Positions 30,496 through 39,787 of a stretch of 64,000 bases of DNA are shown one piece after another. The translations under genes and the position numbers were made by a program. The notes beneath the pieces are model-generated. The model searched no databases. It was not told where the DNA came from and saw nothing but the letters and a program-made list of their open reading frames with translations. Source of the DNA: Coriobacteriia bacterium (GTDB taxonomy: Bacteria; Actinomycetota; Coriobacteriia; Anaerosomatales; JAAXUF01); NCBI GenBank assembly GCA_038249135.1, contig JBBRWO010000002.1:3203-67202 (forward strand), read 5' to 3'. Position 1 is the first letter of the stretch. Each line of letters starts with the position of its first letter.

Positions 30496-32352
30496 TTACG
30501 CGATTCCGAGGATGTGGGCGATGATACCGCCGAGCAGGAACGCGATGGTGATCGATGACGCCACGAGCCCGAGCGTGTAGACCCAGCCGCGCTCCTTGAG
30601 TACCACCATCACCGATGCGATGCACGGCACGAACAGCGTGATCGTGACCATCGCGACCAGCAGCTGCGGGTCGGTCAGGTTCATCTTGAAGAAACCAGCG
30701 GCACCAAAGTCGCGTCGCACAAAGCCCATCACGAACGCGGTCGCGGCCTGTGGCGGCAGTCCCATCCAGCCCACGGTCAGCGGCTTTGCGACCTTCACAA
30801 TCCAGTCGATCGCGCCCGTGACCTGGAGCGTCGAGATGAAAGCGGCGCCGGCCAGGAAGAAGACGGTGACCTCCTTCATGAAGTGGTAGACCTTCATGCC
30901 CGTCTTGCGGACCACGTTATCGAGACGCGGCAGTCGCAGCGACGGCAGGTCGATGAGCAGCTCCGTCGACTCGCCCGGCACGATCTTGTTCAGCACCGTC
31001 CCCACCAGCACGAAGATGCCGATGAGTATCCCAAAGTACGCCGCCGAGTAGACCGGTGCCGTGTTCGCCATCAGAGCCGCGATGACCGCGATCTGCGCCG
31101 AGCACGGGACCGCGATCGCCATGAGCGCAGTGGCGATGAACCGCTCGCGCCGTGACCCGAGGATGCGCGTGGTGAGCGTCCCCATCGTGATGCAGCCTAG
31201 GCCCAAGATCAGCGGAATCACCGCTCGGCCGTTGAGACCCATCGACGTGAGTGAGCGATCCGCGAGCGCGGCGATTCTCGGCAGGTAGCCGGAGTCCTCC
31301 AGCAGGCCGAGCAGCGCGTAGAAGCTCGCAACAAGTGGCAGGATGACCGCAAGCAGGTACGTGGGCGTCATCGTGAGCACGCCAAACTCGCCGGCAAGGA
31401 TCGTGTACAGCGGGGAGCCTGCTGCGAACACACGCGCGACGAGCTCCTGCACGAACGGAATGTAGTACGTCTGCATGATGTTCACTTCGAGGAAGCCCAC
31501 CACACCGCCCGCGACCCACTGCCCGATCACCACGTACATGCCCGCCAGCAGCGCCAGCAGCATCGGCACGCCGGTCAACGGGTGCATCATCGCGTGCGAC
31601 AGCTTCGCCGAGAAGCTTGCGCCCTGCGTGGTCTCGGTGATGACGTGACCGCACAGGTCGTTGACGCGGTGGCGTCGGCGCAGGTAGATCGCGTCGCGCT
31701 GGGTGCCCGGCTCGACGCCGTGTCGTTCGCTGACCGCCTCGTCGCCCTCAAGCACCATGACCGCCTCGGCACGCGTTCCCACGCGGGTCAGCATCTCGAC
31801 GATCTCGGCCTCGAGTTCGACTTCGGCGCGACCGGCACGCGCGCTCGGAATAGCCGCAACGAGCTCCTCGATCCCCTTGCGCTCGACCGCGACGGTCTCG
31901 ATCACCGGCACGCCGAGCAGATCCTCGAGCAGATCGCGGTCGATGGTGACGCCGCGCTTGCGGGCCTCATCGGCCATGTTGAGCGCCACGATCATGCGCT
32001 TGCCCATGTCGACGAGCTGCAGCGTGAGAAAGAGGTCGCGCTCGAGATGCACGGCATCGACCACGTTGATGATGACGTCGCCGGACAAGATGATGTCGCG
32101 TGCAACGGTCTCTTCGTCGTTAAACGAGCTGACGCCGTAGACGCCGGGAGTGTCGACGATGTCGTGCTCGCCTATCCGGCCGCGCGTCAGCTCGACGGTG
32201 GTGCCGGGAAAGTTGCTGACGTCGACGTAGGTGCCGGTCAGCGCGTTGAACACGACTGACTTGCCCACATTGGGGTTGCCCACGAGTACGACCGTCTCGC
32301 ACCCCGGCCGCACGTCCGTGCTACCCGGTGAGTGACAGCTGGCTTCGCTCAT
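30496..32352 (-). CDS. feoB: Ferrous iron transporter FeoB
   Basis: G-domain motifs VLVGNPNVGKSVVFNALTG and DTPG, followed by a polytopic permease domain. An AAGGAG SD is present. Confidence 0.95.
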   Translation of the reverse strand: MSEASCHSPGSTDVRPGCETVVLVGNPNVGKSVVFNALTGTYVDVSNFPGTTVELTRGRIGEHDIVDTPGVYGVSSFNDEETVARDIILSGDVIINVVDAVHLERDLFLTLQLVDMGKRMIVALNMADEARKRGVTIDRDLLEDLLGVPVIETVAVERKGIEELVAAIPSARAGRAEVELEAEIVEMLTRVGTRAEAVMVLEGDEAVSERHGVEPGTQRDAIYLRRRHRVNDLCGHVITETTQGASFSAKLSHAMMHPLTGVPMLLALLAGMYVVIGQWVAGGVVGFLEVNIMQTYYIPFVQELVARVFAAGSPLYTILAGEFGVLTMTPTYLLAVILPLVASFYALLGLLEDSGYLPRIAALADRSLTSMGLNGRAVIPLILGLGCITMGTLTTRILGSRRERFIATALMAIAVPCSAQIAVIAALMANTAPVYSAAYFGILIGIFVLVGTVLNKIVPGESTELLIDLPSLRLPRLDNVVRKTGMKVYHFMKEVTVFFLAGAAFISTLQVTGAIDWIVKVAKPLTVGWMGLPPQAATAFVMGFVRRDFGAAGFFKMNLTDPQLLVAMVTITLFVPCIASVMVVLKERGWVYTLGLVASSITIAFLLGGIIAHILGIA

Positions 32353-32424
32353 TCGATGAACTCCTTTGTGCGGTACTGGCCGAGCAGGCCTGCGTTGGCG
32401 GCACGTGGCCGCGCGACGCTGGAG

Positions 32425-32724
32425 TTAGCTGCTCAGCCTGCGGACGTTGATTCGCTTTGCGAGCGAACGTCCGACGGCGATCTCCTGTCTTCCGCTCTTG
32501 ATCACGAGCGGACCGGCCGGGACCCTGGTCACGCATTCGACACACGCGCCCTCGGCAACGCCGAATCGCAGTGCCTGAACGCGAGCATGAACATCGTCGA
32601 CAGAGATGATCTCTATCCGCTCACCTTTGCGCACCAGGTCGAGCGTACACAGGTCGCATGCCACCGGAATCGGCGCGACGAAGTCGGTACCGGTGATGGC
32701 TTGCGAGAGGTCTGCGTCGGTCAT
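32425..32724 (-). CDS. feoA: FeoA family protein
   Basis: SH3-like FeoA core, LVRKGERIEIISVDDVHARVQALRFGVAEGACVEC...IAVGRSLA. It lies upstream of feoB. Confidence 0.8.
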   Translation of the reverse strand: MTDADLSQAITGTDFVAPIPVACDLCTLDLVRKGERIEIISVDDVHARVQALRFGVAEGACVECVTRVPAGPLVIKSGRQEIAVGRSLAKRINVRRLSS

Positions 32725-32801
32725 GTATGCGTCTCCTGCGAGTGTCGGTGCCTGCTCATCCTGCGGTTTACTTCGTATATGCTAAGTCTCCCGCTGCGCC
32801 G

Positions 32802-32830
32802 ATACTACGCCTGCTCCTGAGTCCCGTCAA
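32802..32830 (-). promoter_or_regulatory. Candidate sigma-70-type promoter of feoA
   Basis: The minus strand reads TTGACG (32825-32830), a 17-nt spacer, then TAGTAT (32802-32807). Confidence 0.5.
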
Positions 32831-32856
32831 CACCACCTTCCTTGGCACGAATCGTG

Positions 32857-35547
32857 TCAGCTCGCGGAGCGACGCCCCGTGACCACTTTCGCGATGTCGA
32901 TCGCTATGACCGGCAACAGAATCGCCGGCAGCATGATCGACCATTCAGTCCAGCCGAGCGGAGTGGTGCGCAGAATCCTGTCGGCGCCGGGAAGGTAAAC
33001 GACGAGCATTTGCAGCGCGATGCCGCCTGCTATCGCAGCGAGCAACAGCGGGTTCTCGGCGCTGGCACGGGAGAAGATCGAGCGCGTCCTCGAGCGAAAA
33101 CTGAGCGAGAACAGCAGTTTCTGGATGACCAGTGCGGTGAACGCTGCCGTCTGAGCGCTGACGACCGCGCCGGCATACTGCGGAGCAAACGCCTCGTGGG
33201 TAAGCGGCACGCCGTATGCGGCCAGTACCCCCACATAGGCGCCCAGCGTTCCCACTGACAACACGGCGCCTCGCGACAGGATGCTGACGACCGAGCGCCG
33301 CGTGATGATGCCCTCGCTCGCGCCGCGCGGCGGACGCTGCATGATGCCCGGCTCCCCTGGGTCGACACCCAATGCCAGTGCTGGCAGGCTGTCGGTCGCC
33401 ATGTTGGTCCACAGCAACTGAACCGGATAGAGAGGCACCGGCAGGCCGGCAACGGTGGCGACAAACATGAGGAAGACCTGGCTCGCGTTGGCAGAGAGCA
33501 GAAACCGCATGAATTTGGTGAGGTTCGTGAACACCACGCGCCCCGAATGAATCGCCGTGACGATCGTGGCGAAGTTGTCGTCGGCGAGAATCATGTCCGA
33601 GGCGTCCTTCGCAACCTCGGTACCCGTCTGACCCATCGCCACGCCAACATCAGCTGCCGAGAGAGCCGGCGCGTCGTTTACGCCATCGCCCGTCACCGCG
33701 ACGACGTGCCCCTTCGCCTGAAGTGCTTGCACGATCCTCATCTTGTGCAGCGGATCGACGCGCGCGATCACCGTGGCGTCATCGAGCGCGCTCGCCAGTT
33801 CCGCGTCCGTGAAGTGCTCGATATCCCGGCCGTTGAGCACGCGTCCCGACTCGGGCAGGCCGACCTCTGTTGCGATCGCCCGTGCGGTCACCTCGTGGTC
33901 GCCGGTCACCATGATCACGCGCACGCCGGCCCCATGCGCCTGGCGCATCGCCTCGGGCACCTCGGCGCGTGGAGGATCGATCAGGCCGATAAGCCCGAGC
34001 AGCGTCATCTGCTGCTCGGCGGTCTCGAGCGCCACGGGTCGTTCGGCGAAGCGGCGCTCGGCGACGGCAAGAGTTCGCAGGCCGTTCTCGGCCATTCCGA
34101 GCACGGCGGCCTCTGCCTCCTTTCGCGTCGACTCGTCGATCACGCAGCGAGCGAGAATGACCTCCGGCGCGCCCTTGGTGAAGGCGACCCAGCCGTCGGG
34201 CTCGCGATGCAGCGTGGTCATCATCTTGCGCTCCGAGGTGAATCCGATCTCGCTCTCACGCGGCGCCTCGGCCTCCGCCGTCGTCTTCTCACGTCCGACC
34301 TTGCCGGCGGCCGCGACCAGCGCCGTCTCCGTGGGATCGCCGATCACGTCGTCCCCGGTCACCTCGGAGTCGTTGACCAGTGCGGCCGCCCGCAGCAACG
34401 CGCGCGCCCACTCCGGCGAGTCCCCGGAAAACTCAGGCTCGCCCAGAAGCCGTCCGCCGAGTCCGTCGAGTTTCACGACCGTCATGCGGTTGAGCGTCAG
34501 CGTGCCGGTCTTGTCGGTGACGATGACGTCGGTGGACCCCAAGGTCTCGACCGAGTGCATCTTGCGGATGATGGCGTTTTGCTCGGCCATGCGCTTCACG
34601 CCGACACCGAGGGTGATGGTGACGACAGCCGTCAGCGCCTCCGGAATCGCCGAGACGGCAAGCGCGATCGCTGCCAGTGCCATCTCGTCGAACGGGCGGC
34701 CCGCCGTCACGCCGGAGATGAACACGATGCTCGAGGCCCCGACGACGAACAGCGCGATCGCTCGGCCTACCCGCTTGAGCTCCTTTTGCAGCGGCGTGAC
34801 CGGCTCCTGGCCACTCGCGTACTCGGCGATGCGCCCAAGCTCGGTGCGGCTACCTGTGGCAACGACCACGCCCGCGCCCCGCCCGCGCTGAACTGTCGCG
34901 CCAAGGCTCGCCAGGTTGCGCTGATCGCCCAACCCGACGTGGTCGAGATCGATGGCCTCAACCGACTTGAGCACAGGCAGTGATTCGCCGGTGAGCGAGG
35001 ATTCATCGACCTCAAGGTCGGCGACCTCGATGAGTCGCATGTCTGCAGGAACCACATCGCCCGCCGCAAGCACGACGACGTCACCCACCACGAGAGCTCG
35101 GGCCGGAATGGATCGTTTGCTCCCCCCGCGCAGGACTGTGGCGATCGGAGCCGACATCTCCCGCAGCGCGTCGACGGCCGCCTGAGCCTTGTCTTCCTGA
35201 ATGAAGCCGAGAAACGCATTGAGAACGAGGATCACGCCGATGACTGCGGCGTCCACGAAGTCTCTGCCGGCTGCAGCAATCAGCGCCGCAGCGATGAGTA
35301 ACCACACCATCAGGTCGTTGAACTGAGAGAAGAACATTCCCAGCCGAGAGGTCCTCTTGGGCGGTGGCAGTTCATTGGGTCCGTCGACACTGAGCCTCTC
35401 GGCGGCGACGCTCGGCTCAAGGCCGTTGTTGGCGCTGCTGCCGGTGCGCTCGAGTGCTTCTTCCACCGTGGCTCGATACCACGCGGGCAGAACAGGGTCG
35501 GGAGTGGCGACGTCATTGAGATTCGCGCGAGTCTGGGTCTTGGGCAC
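32857..35547 (-). CDS. P-type cation-transporting ATPase (P2-like)
   Basis: DKTGTLTLNRM, TGES, MVTGDH and VAVTGDGVNDAPAL motifs, with 10 TM helices. The GTG at 35547 has a GGAGG SD 5 nt upstream. The track start at 35640 abuts the riboswitch. Confidence 0.9.
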   Translation of the reverse strand: MPKTQTRANLNDVATPDPVLPAWYRATVEEALERTGSSANNGLEPSVAAERLSVDGPNELPPPKRTSRLGMFFSQFNDLMVWLLIAAALIAAAGRDFVDAAVIGVILVLNAFLGFIQEDKAQAAVDALREMSAPIATVLRGGSKRSIPARALVVGDVVVLAAGDVVPADMRLIEVADLEVDESSLTGESLPVLKSVEAIDLDHVGLGDQRNLASLGATVQRGRGAGVVVATGSRTELGRIAEYASGQEPVTPLQKELKRVGRAIALFVVGASSIVFISGVTAGRPFDEMALAAIALAVSAIPEALTAVVTITLGVGVKRMAEQNAIIRKMHSVETLGSTDVIVTDKTGTLTLNRMTVVKLDGLGGRLLGEPEFSGDSPEWARALLRAAALVNDSEVTGDDVIGDPTETALVAAAGKVGREKTTAEAEAPRESEIGFTSERKMMTTLHREPDGWVAFTKGAPEVILARCVIDESTRKEAEAAVLGMAENGLRTLAVAERRFAERPVALETAEQQMTLLGLIGLIDPPRAEVPEAMRQAHGAGVRVIMVTGDHEVTARAIATEVGLPESGRVLNGRDIEHFTDAELASALDDATVIARVDPLHKMRIVQALQAKGHVVAVTGDGVNDAPALSAADVGVAMGQTGTEVAKDASDMILADDNFATIVTAIHSGRVVFTNLTKFMRFLLSANASQVFLMFVATVAGLPVPLYPVQLLWTNMATDSLPALALGVDPGEPGIMQRPPRGASEGIITRRSVVSILSRGAVLSVGTLGAYVGVLAAYGVPLTHEAFAPQYAGAVVSAQTAAFTALVIQKLLFSLSFRSRTRSIFSRASAENPLLLAAIAGGIALQMLVVYLPGADRILRTTPLGWTEWSIMLPAILLPVIAIDIAKVVTGRRSAS

Positions 35548-35651
35548 AAAAGCCTCCACACGTTGACGAAACGGACAACGCGGTACCGATGCGACTCTCG
35601 AGGAATAGCTCCAGGGAATCAGGATTCGAGACTCCGGCACGGTATCGCACC

Positions 35652-35742
35652 GAAGGTCTCGTCGCGGAGTGTCCGCCCGGGGCGAATGCCCGAGATGACG
35701 AACGGACCGCCCGGCTCATCGCCGGACCGACTACTCCCCTTC
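35652..35742 (-). ncRNA. yybP-ykoY-like (Mn2+) riboswitch leader of the minus-strand ATPase
   Basis: Minus strand reads GAAGGGGAGTAGTCGGTCCGGCgatgaGCCGGGCGGTCCG...CGGACACTCCGCGACGAGACCTTC. The closing helix is GAAGG/CCTTC. The conserved GGGGAGUAG and GACGAGACC-type 3' segment are present. Confidence 0.7.
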
Positions 35743-35879
35743 GCTGTGGTGATTGTCCATTATGAGCAGCCACGAAACAAGCGACGCTTCCTCCGCGCTA
35801 CAATCCGTCCTGTCCCCGCCGCCCGATGGGCCGGCACAACCAGACCGCCGGAATCGGCGTGCTTGTGGAAGGAATCACC

Positions 35880-36752
35880 ATGGCGTACGCGTCATTCGAG
35901 GAACTGCTGGAGGCCGCAGCGGATGCAGGTGGGCTCGGGCAGGCCGTGCTCGATCGCGAGGTGTTGGAGTCGGGTCTGGGTGCGACCGAACTCCGCGAGC
36001 GCATGGGTCTGGCCCTGACGGTGATGCGCGACGCGGTCGAGGTGGGGCTTGCCGGGCAGGCGCACTCGCGCTCCGGGCTTATCGGCGGAGACGCGGCACT
36101 CGTGCTCGGCTCGCACGCAGGACCTCTCGGCGGAGCGTTCGCCACCGTGCTGGCGACGGCGCTCGCCACCGGGGAGGTCAACGCGTCCATGGGCCGTATC
36201 GTGGCCGCGCCAACGGGCGGTGCGTCGGGGGTGCTTCCGGCGGTCATCCTTACCATCGGGGCGAAGTACGGAGCCAGCGAGGACCAGCTCATCGACGCGC
36301 TCTTCGCCGCAGCAGGCATCGGCAGTGTCATCGCAGCCCGAGCGACACTGTCCGGAGCCATCGGTGGCTGCCAGGCGGAGATCGGCTCGGGCTCGGCGAT
36401 GGCAGCCGCAGCAGCGGTGCAACTCGCCGGCGGTACTCCCGCGCAAGCGGGGCACGCCGCCGCGTTCGCGCTCCAGGGCCTGATGGGACTCGTCTGCGAC
36501 CCGGTGGGCGGCCTCGTGGAAATCCCGTGCGTGTTTCGCAACGCCACCGGAGCCGCAGTCGCACTGTCCGGCGCCGAGATGGCGCGTGCCGGCGTGGAGT
36601 TTCCCATCCCCTTGGACGAGGTGGTGGATGCGATGGATTCCGTCGGGCGCTCTTTGCCGCCTTCGCTGCGAGAGACCGCGCTGGGTGGTCTGGCGGTCAC
36701 TCCCTGTGGTCGAGAGCTCGCCGCACGCGCCTCCGAGCCGCGCGAGCACTAG
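35880..36752 (+). CDS. sdaAA: L-serine dehydratase, iron-sulfur-dependent, alpha subunit
   Basis: GGCQAEIGSGSAMAAAAAV, GLVCDPVGGLVEIPC, and TALGGLAV at the C-terminus. The ATG at 35880 has a GGAAGGA SD. Confidence 0.9.
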   Translation: MAYASFEELLEAAADAGGLGQAVLDREVLESGLGATELRERMGLALTVMRDAVEVGLAGQAHSRSGLIGGDAALVLGSHAGPLGGAFATVLATALATGEVNASMGRIVAAPTGGASGVLPAVILTIGAKYGASEDQLIDALFAAAGIGSVIAARATLSGAIGGCQAEIGSGSAMAAAAAVQLAGGTPAQAGHAAAFALQGLMGLVCDPVGGLVEIPCVFRNATGAAVALSGAEMARAGVEFPIPLDEVVDAMDSVGRSLPPSLRETALGGLAVTPCGRELAARASEPREH

Positions 36753-36825
36753 CCGCTCCGGACTAGCCGGATCCGGCCGCATTTCGCTACTGCCACCGCG
36801 CGCGACATGCTAGCATCGTCGGTGT

Positions 36826-36922
36826 CGAGGGGGAGTAGCGCCCCGAGCGAACGATGCTCGGGGAGGCAGGCCGTCAGCACGGGCTCAGACCCCGGTTCTG
36901 TCCCCTAGCAGCGAGACTCTCG
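36826..36922 (+). ncRNA. yybP-ykoY-like (Mn2+) riboswitch leader of the plus-strand ATPase
   Basis: CGAGGGGGAGTAGCGCCCCGAGCgaacgatGCTCGGGGA...CCCCTAGCAGCGAGACTCTCG. The closing helix is CGAG/CTCG. The conserved GGGGAGUAGC and AGCGAGAC segments are present. An extended -10-like TGCTAGCAT lies at 36808-36816. Confidence 0.75.
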
Positions 36923-36961
36923 GCGGTACGTACACCTACGTTACCTGCCGAGGAGACACCT

Positions 36962-39787
36962 GTGATCAAGACCGACATCTCAGTTGCTGAAGCCGACGGT
37001 GCAGTCGCCGTCCAACCACCCGTCGCGTACCACACACTCACCATCGACCAGGTCGCGGCCGCCCTCGCGACAGACCCTGTCGGCGGCCTGAGCGCGGCAG
37101 AAGCCACACGCCGTCACGCCGAGAACGGGCCCAACCTGCTTCGTGAGACCAAGCCCACGCCCAAGTGGAAGCTGCTGGCGCGCCAGTTCGAGGACTTCAT
37201 GATCTGGGTGCTCATGGGAGCTGCGCTGCTTGCCGGACTCCAGGGCGAGTGGATTGACACTGCGGCCATCGTCACGATCCTGGTACTCAACGCAGTACTC
37301 GGATTCGCGCAGGAGTTCCGAGCCGAGCAGGCGCTTGCGGCGCTGAAGGAACTCTCAGCGCCAACCGCCCACGTGGTACGTGATGGCATCGAGTCCTCCA
37401 TCCACGCCTCGGAGCTTGTCGTGGGCGACGTCGTGGTCCTTGAGGCCGGCGACCAGATTCCTGCCGACGGTCGACTCCAGGAAGCGGCAGCACTGCGAAT
37501 CATCGAGTCCGCGCTGACCGGTGAAAGCGAGCCGGTCCACAAGTCGACCGTGCCGGTCCCAGATCCCAACGCATCGCTGGGCGACCGCGTGGACATGGTA
37601 TTCGCAGGCACTGCAGTCGCCGTAGGCCGTGGCCGCGTGATCATCACTGCCACCGGAACCGCTACCCAGGTAGGCAAGATCGCCGACCTCCTCGCGGAGC
37701 AAGAAGATGAGCAGACGCCGCTCCAGGCCGAGCTTCAGCGCGTGGGCAAGCGTATCGCCCTCATCGTGCTGGTCATCGCCGCCCTCATCTTCGCCGAGCA
37801 GCTCGCAACGGTCTTCGTAAGCACCGGCGACACCTTCGTCGAGGCGATCAACGACCCGGTCTTCCGCGTGGGTTTCACCGGCGCACTCCTGATCGCCGTC
37901 TCGCTCGCGGTCGCCGCGATTCCCGAGGGGCTGCCCGCTGTCGTCACCATCGCGCTCTCGCTGGGAGTGCGTCGCATGGCCGAGCACAACGCGATCGTCC
38001 GGCGCCTGACAGCTGTTGAGACGCTGGGCTCCACCACGTTCATCTGCTCGGACAAGACCGGCACGCTGACGCGCAACGAGATGACGGTGCGCCGCGCCGT
38101 GGTCGGGTTCGACTCCATCGCGATCAGTGCGGACTGGGGCATCGAACCCGAGGACCGCGTGCCGCACGGCGACGACATGGCACTGCTGCTCCAGATGGCC
38201 GCCGCCAACAACGATGCGCGTCCTAAACCGGACGGCGGTTTCCTCGGCGATCCGACGGAGACGGCGCTTCTCGAGGCTGCGAGCCGACTCGCTCCCGGTC
38301 ACCTGCGTCCTCGGCGTGTGAGTGAAGTCCCCTTCGATTCCGAGCGTAAGCGCATGACCACCATCCATGCGCTTGAGGATGAGCGGATCGCGTTCGTGAA
38401 GGGCGGCGCCGACGTGGTGCTCGGCCTGTGCACTCGCGCGCGTATCCGCGGCGAAGTCATCGAGCTCGACGACTCCGGTCGCGAAAAGCTGCGCACCACC
38501 AACGAGAATCTCGCATCGAGCGGGTTTCGCACGCTCGCCTTCGCCACCCGGACCCTCTCCGCCGATGAGGACGTCGAGAGCGAGACAATCGAGCGCGACC
38601 TGACGTATGTCGGCATTCTCGGCCTGGTCGATCCGCCGCGTGAAGAGGTGGCGGCGGCGCTCGCGGAGTGCAAGCATGCCGGCATCAAGGTCGCCATGGT
38701 CACGGGCGACCACGCGCTGACTGCTCGTGCCATCGCGATCCAGATCGGGTTGCTCGATGCGGATGCGCCGGAGACCTCGGTCATCACCGGCACAGAGCTC
38801 GCCTCGATGACCGACCAAGAACTGTGCGCTCGCGCCGAGGACGTTCGTGTCTACGCCCGCGTGAACCCTGAGGATAAGATCAGAATCGTCTCGGCGCTGA
38901 AGAACGACGGCGAGATAGTCGCCATGACCGGCGACGGAGTGAACGATGCGCCAGCGCTCAAGCGTGCTGACATCGGCATCGCGATGGGCAACATCGGTAC
39001 CGACGTGGCCCGAGAAGCCGCCGACATGGTGCTCGCCGACGACAACTTCGCGACGATCGTCGAGGCCGTGGGAGAAGGCCGCACCGTCTTCGATAACCTA
39101 CAGAAGGTCATCCTCTTCCTGCTTTCGTGCAACATGAGCGAGGTGCTGGTCGTGTTCACGACCGCCATCTTCGTCGCGTTCTTCCCTGAGCACGCACTGC
39201 TTGCGCTCCTGCCGTTGCAGTTGCTGTGGATCAACTTGGTCACAGACGGTCCACCTGCGCTCGCGTTGGGCGTCGACCCCGCCGATCCCACGGTCATGGA
39301 CCGTATGCCCCGCGACTCCAAGGAGCCGATCCTCTCGGGTCCGAGGATGAGCGAGGTCATCTGGCAGGGTGCGGTCATGACCGTCTTCGCGCTGGGAGCG
39401 ACGTTCGCTGCCGGCCCCCTCCTCGGCAGCACCGACGGCGCCGAGAACACGATGCTGTTCACCATCTTGGTGCTGTCGCAGAAACTCCATGCGTTCAACT
39501 ATCGCAGCGCGCGCGGTACCGTCTTCTCGATGCAGTCACTGCAGAACCGCTGGCTCAACATCGCCTTCGTGGCGACGGTGGCGTTGCAGATATCGGTCGT
39601 TCACTGGGAGCCGATGCAGAAGCTCTTCAAGACGACCGCACTCGGTACTCAAGAATGGATGCTGGTCGTCGGCTCGGCGTTCGCCTCGTTGCTGGTCATG
39701 GATCTGGTCAAGATAGTCATCGAGCGACGTCTGGCTGCCCGCGAAGCAACGGGCCGCGGTTCCGGTAGAGCGGAGGGTGCACGATGA
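36962..39787 (+). CDS. P-type cation-transporting ATPase (P2A/Ca2+-ATPase-like)
   Basis: CSDKTGTLTRNEM, TGESEPV, MVTGDH and AMTGDGVNDAPAL motifs. The GTG at 36962 has a GAGGAG SD 6 nt upstream. The track start at 36854 lies inside the riboswitch. Confidence 0.9.
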   Translation: MIKTDISVAEADGAVAVQPPVAYHTLTIDQVAAALATDPVGGLSAAEATRRHAENGPNLLRETKPTPKWKLLARQFEDFMIWVLMGAALLAGLQGEWIDTAAIVTILVLNAVLGFAQEFRAEQALAALKELSAPTAHVVRDGIESSIHASELVVGDVVVLEAGDQIPADGRLQEAAALRIIESALTGESEPVHKSTVPVPDPNASLGDRVDMVFAGTAVAVGRGRVIITATGTATQVGKIADLLAEQEDEQTPLQAELQRVGKRIALIVLVIAALIFAEQLATVFVSTGDTFVEAINDPVFRVGFTGALLIAVSLAVAAIPEGLPAVVTIALSLGVRRMAEHNAIVRRLTAVETLGSTTFICSDKTGTLTRNEMTVRRAVVGFDSIAISADWGIEPEDRVPHGDDMALLLQMAAANNDARPKPDGGFLGDPTETALLEAASRLAPGHLRPRRVSEVPFDSERKRMTTIHALEDERIAFVKGGADVVLGLCTRARIRGEVIELDDSGREKLRTTNENLASSGFRTLAFATRTLSADEDVESETIERDLTYVGILGLVDPPREEVAAALAECKHAGIKVAMVTGDHALTARAIAIQIGLLDADAPETSVITGTELASMTDQELCARAEDVRVYARVNPEDKIRIVSALKNDGEIVAMTGDGVNDAPALKRADIGIAMGNIGTDVAREAADMVLADDNFATIVEAVGEGRTVFDNLQKVILFLLSCNMSEVLVVFTTAIFVAFFPEHALLALLPLQLLWINLVTDGPPALALGVDPADPTVMDRMPRDSKEPILSGPRMSEVIWQGAVMTVFALGATFAAGPLLGSTDGAENTMLFTILVLSQKLHAFNYRSARGTVFSMQSLQNRWLNIAFVATVALQISVVHWEPMQKLFKTTALGTQEWMLVVGSAFASLLVMDLVKIVIERRLAAREATGRGSGRAEGAR

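Noticed and set aside
35548-35640. ORF-track N-terminal extensions of both P-type ATPases (35548-35640 minus, 36854-36961 plus)
   Set aside because: The extensions abut or overlap the riboswitch-like leaders and encode low-complexity sequence. Downstream GTG codons with GGAGG/GAGGAG SDs give N-termini that still precede the first conserved ATPase segments.
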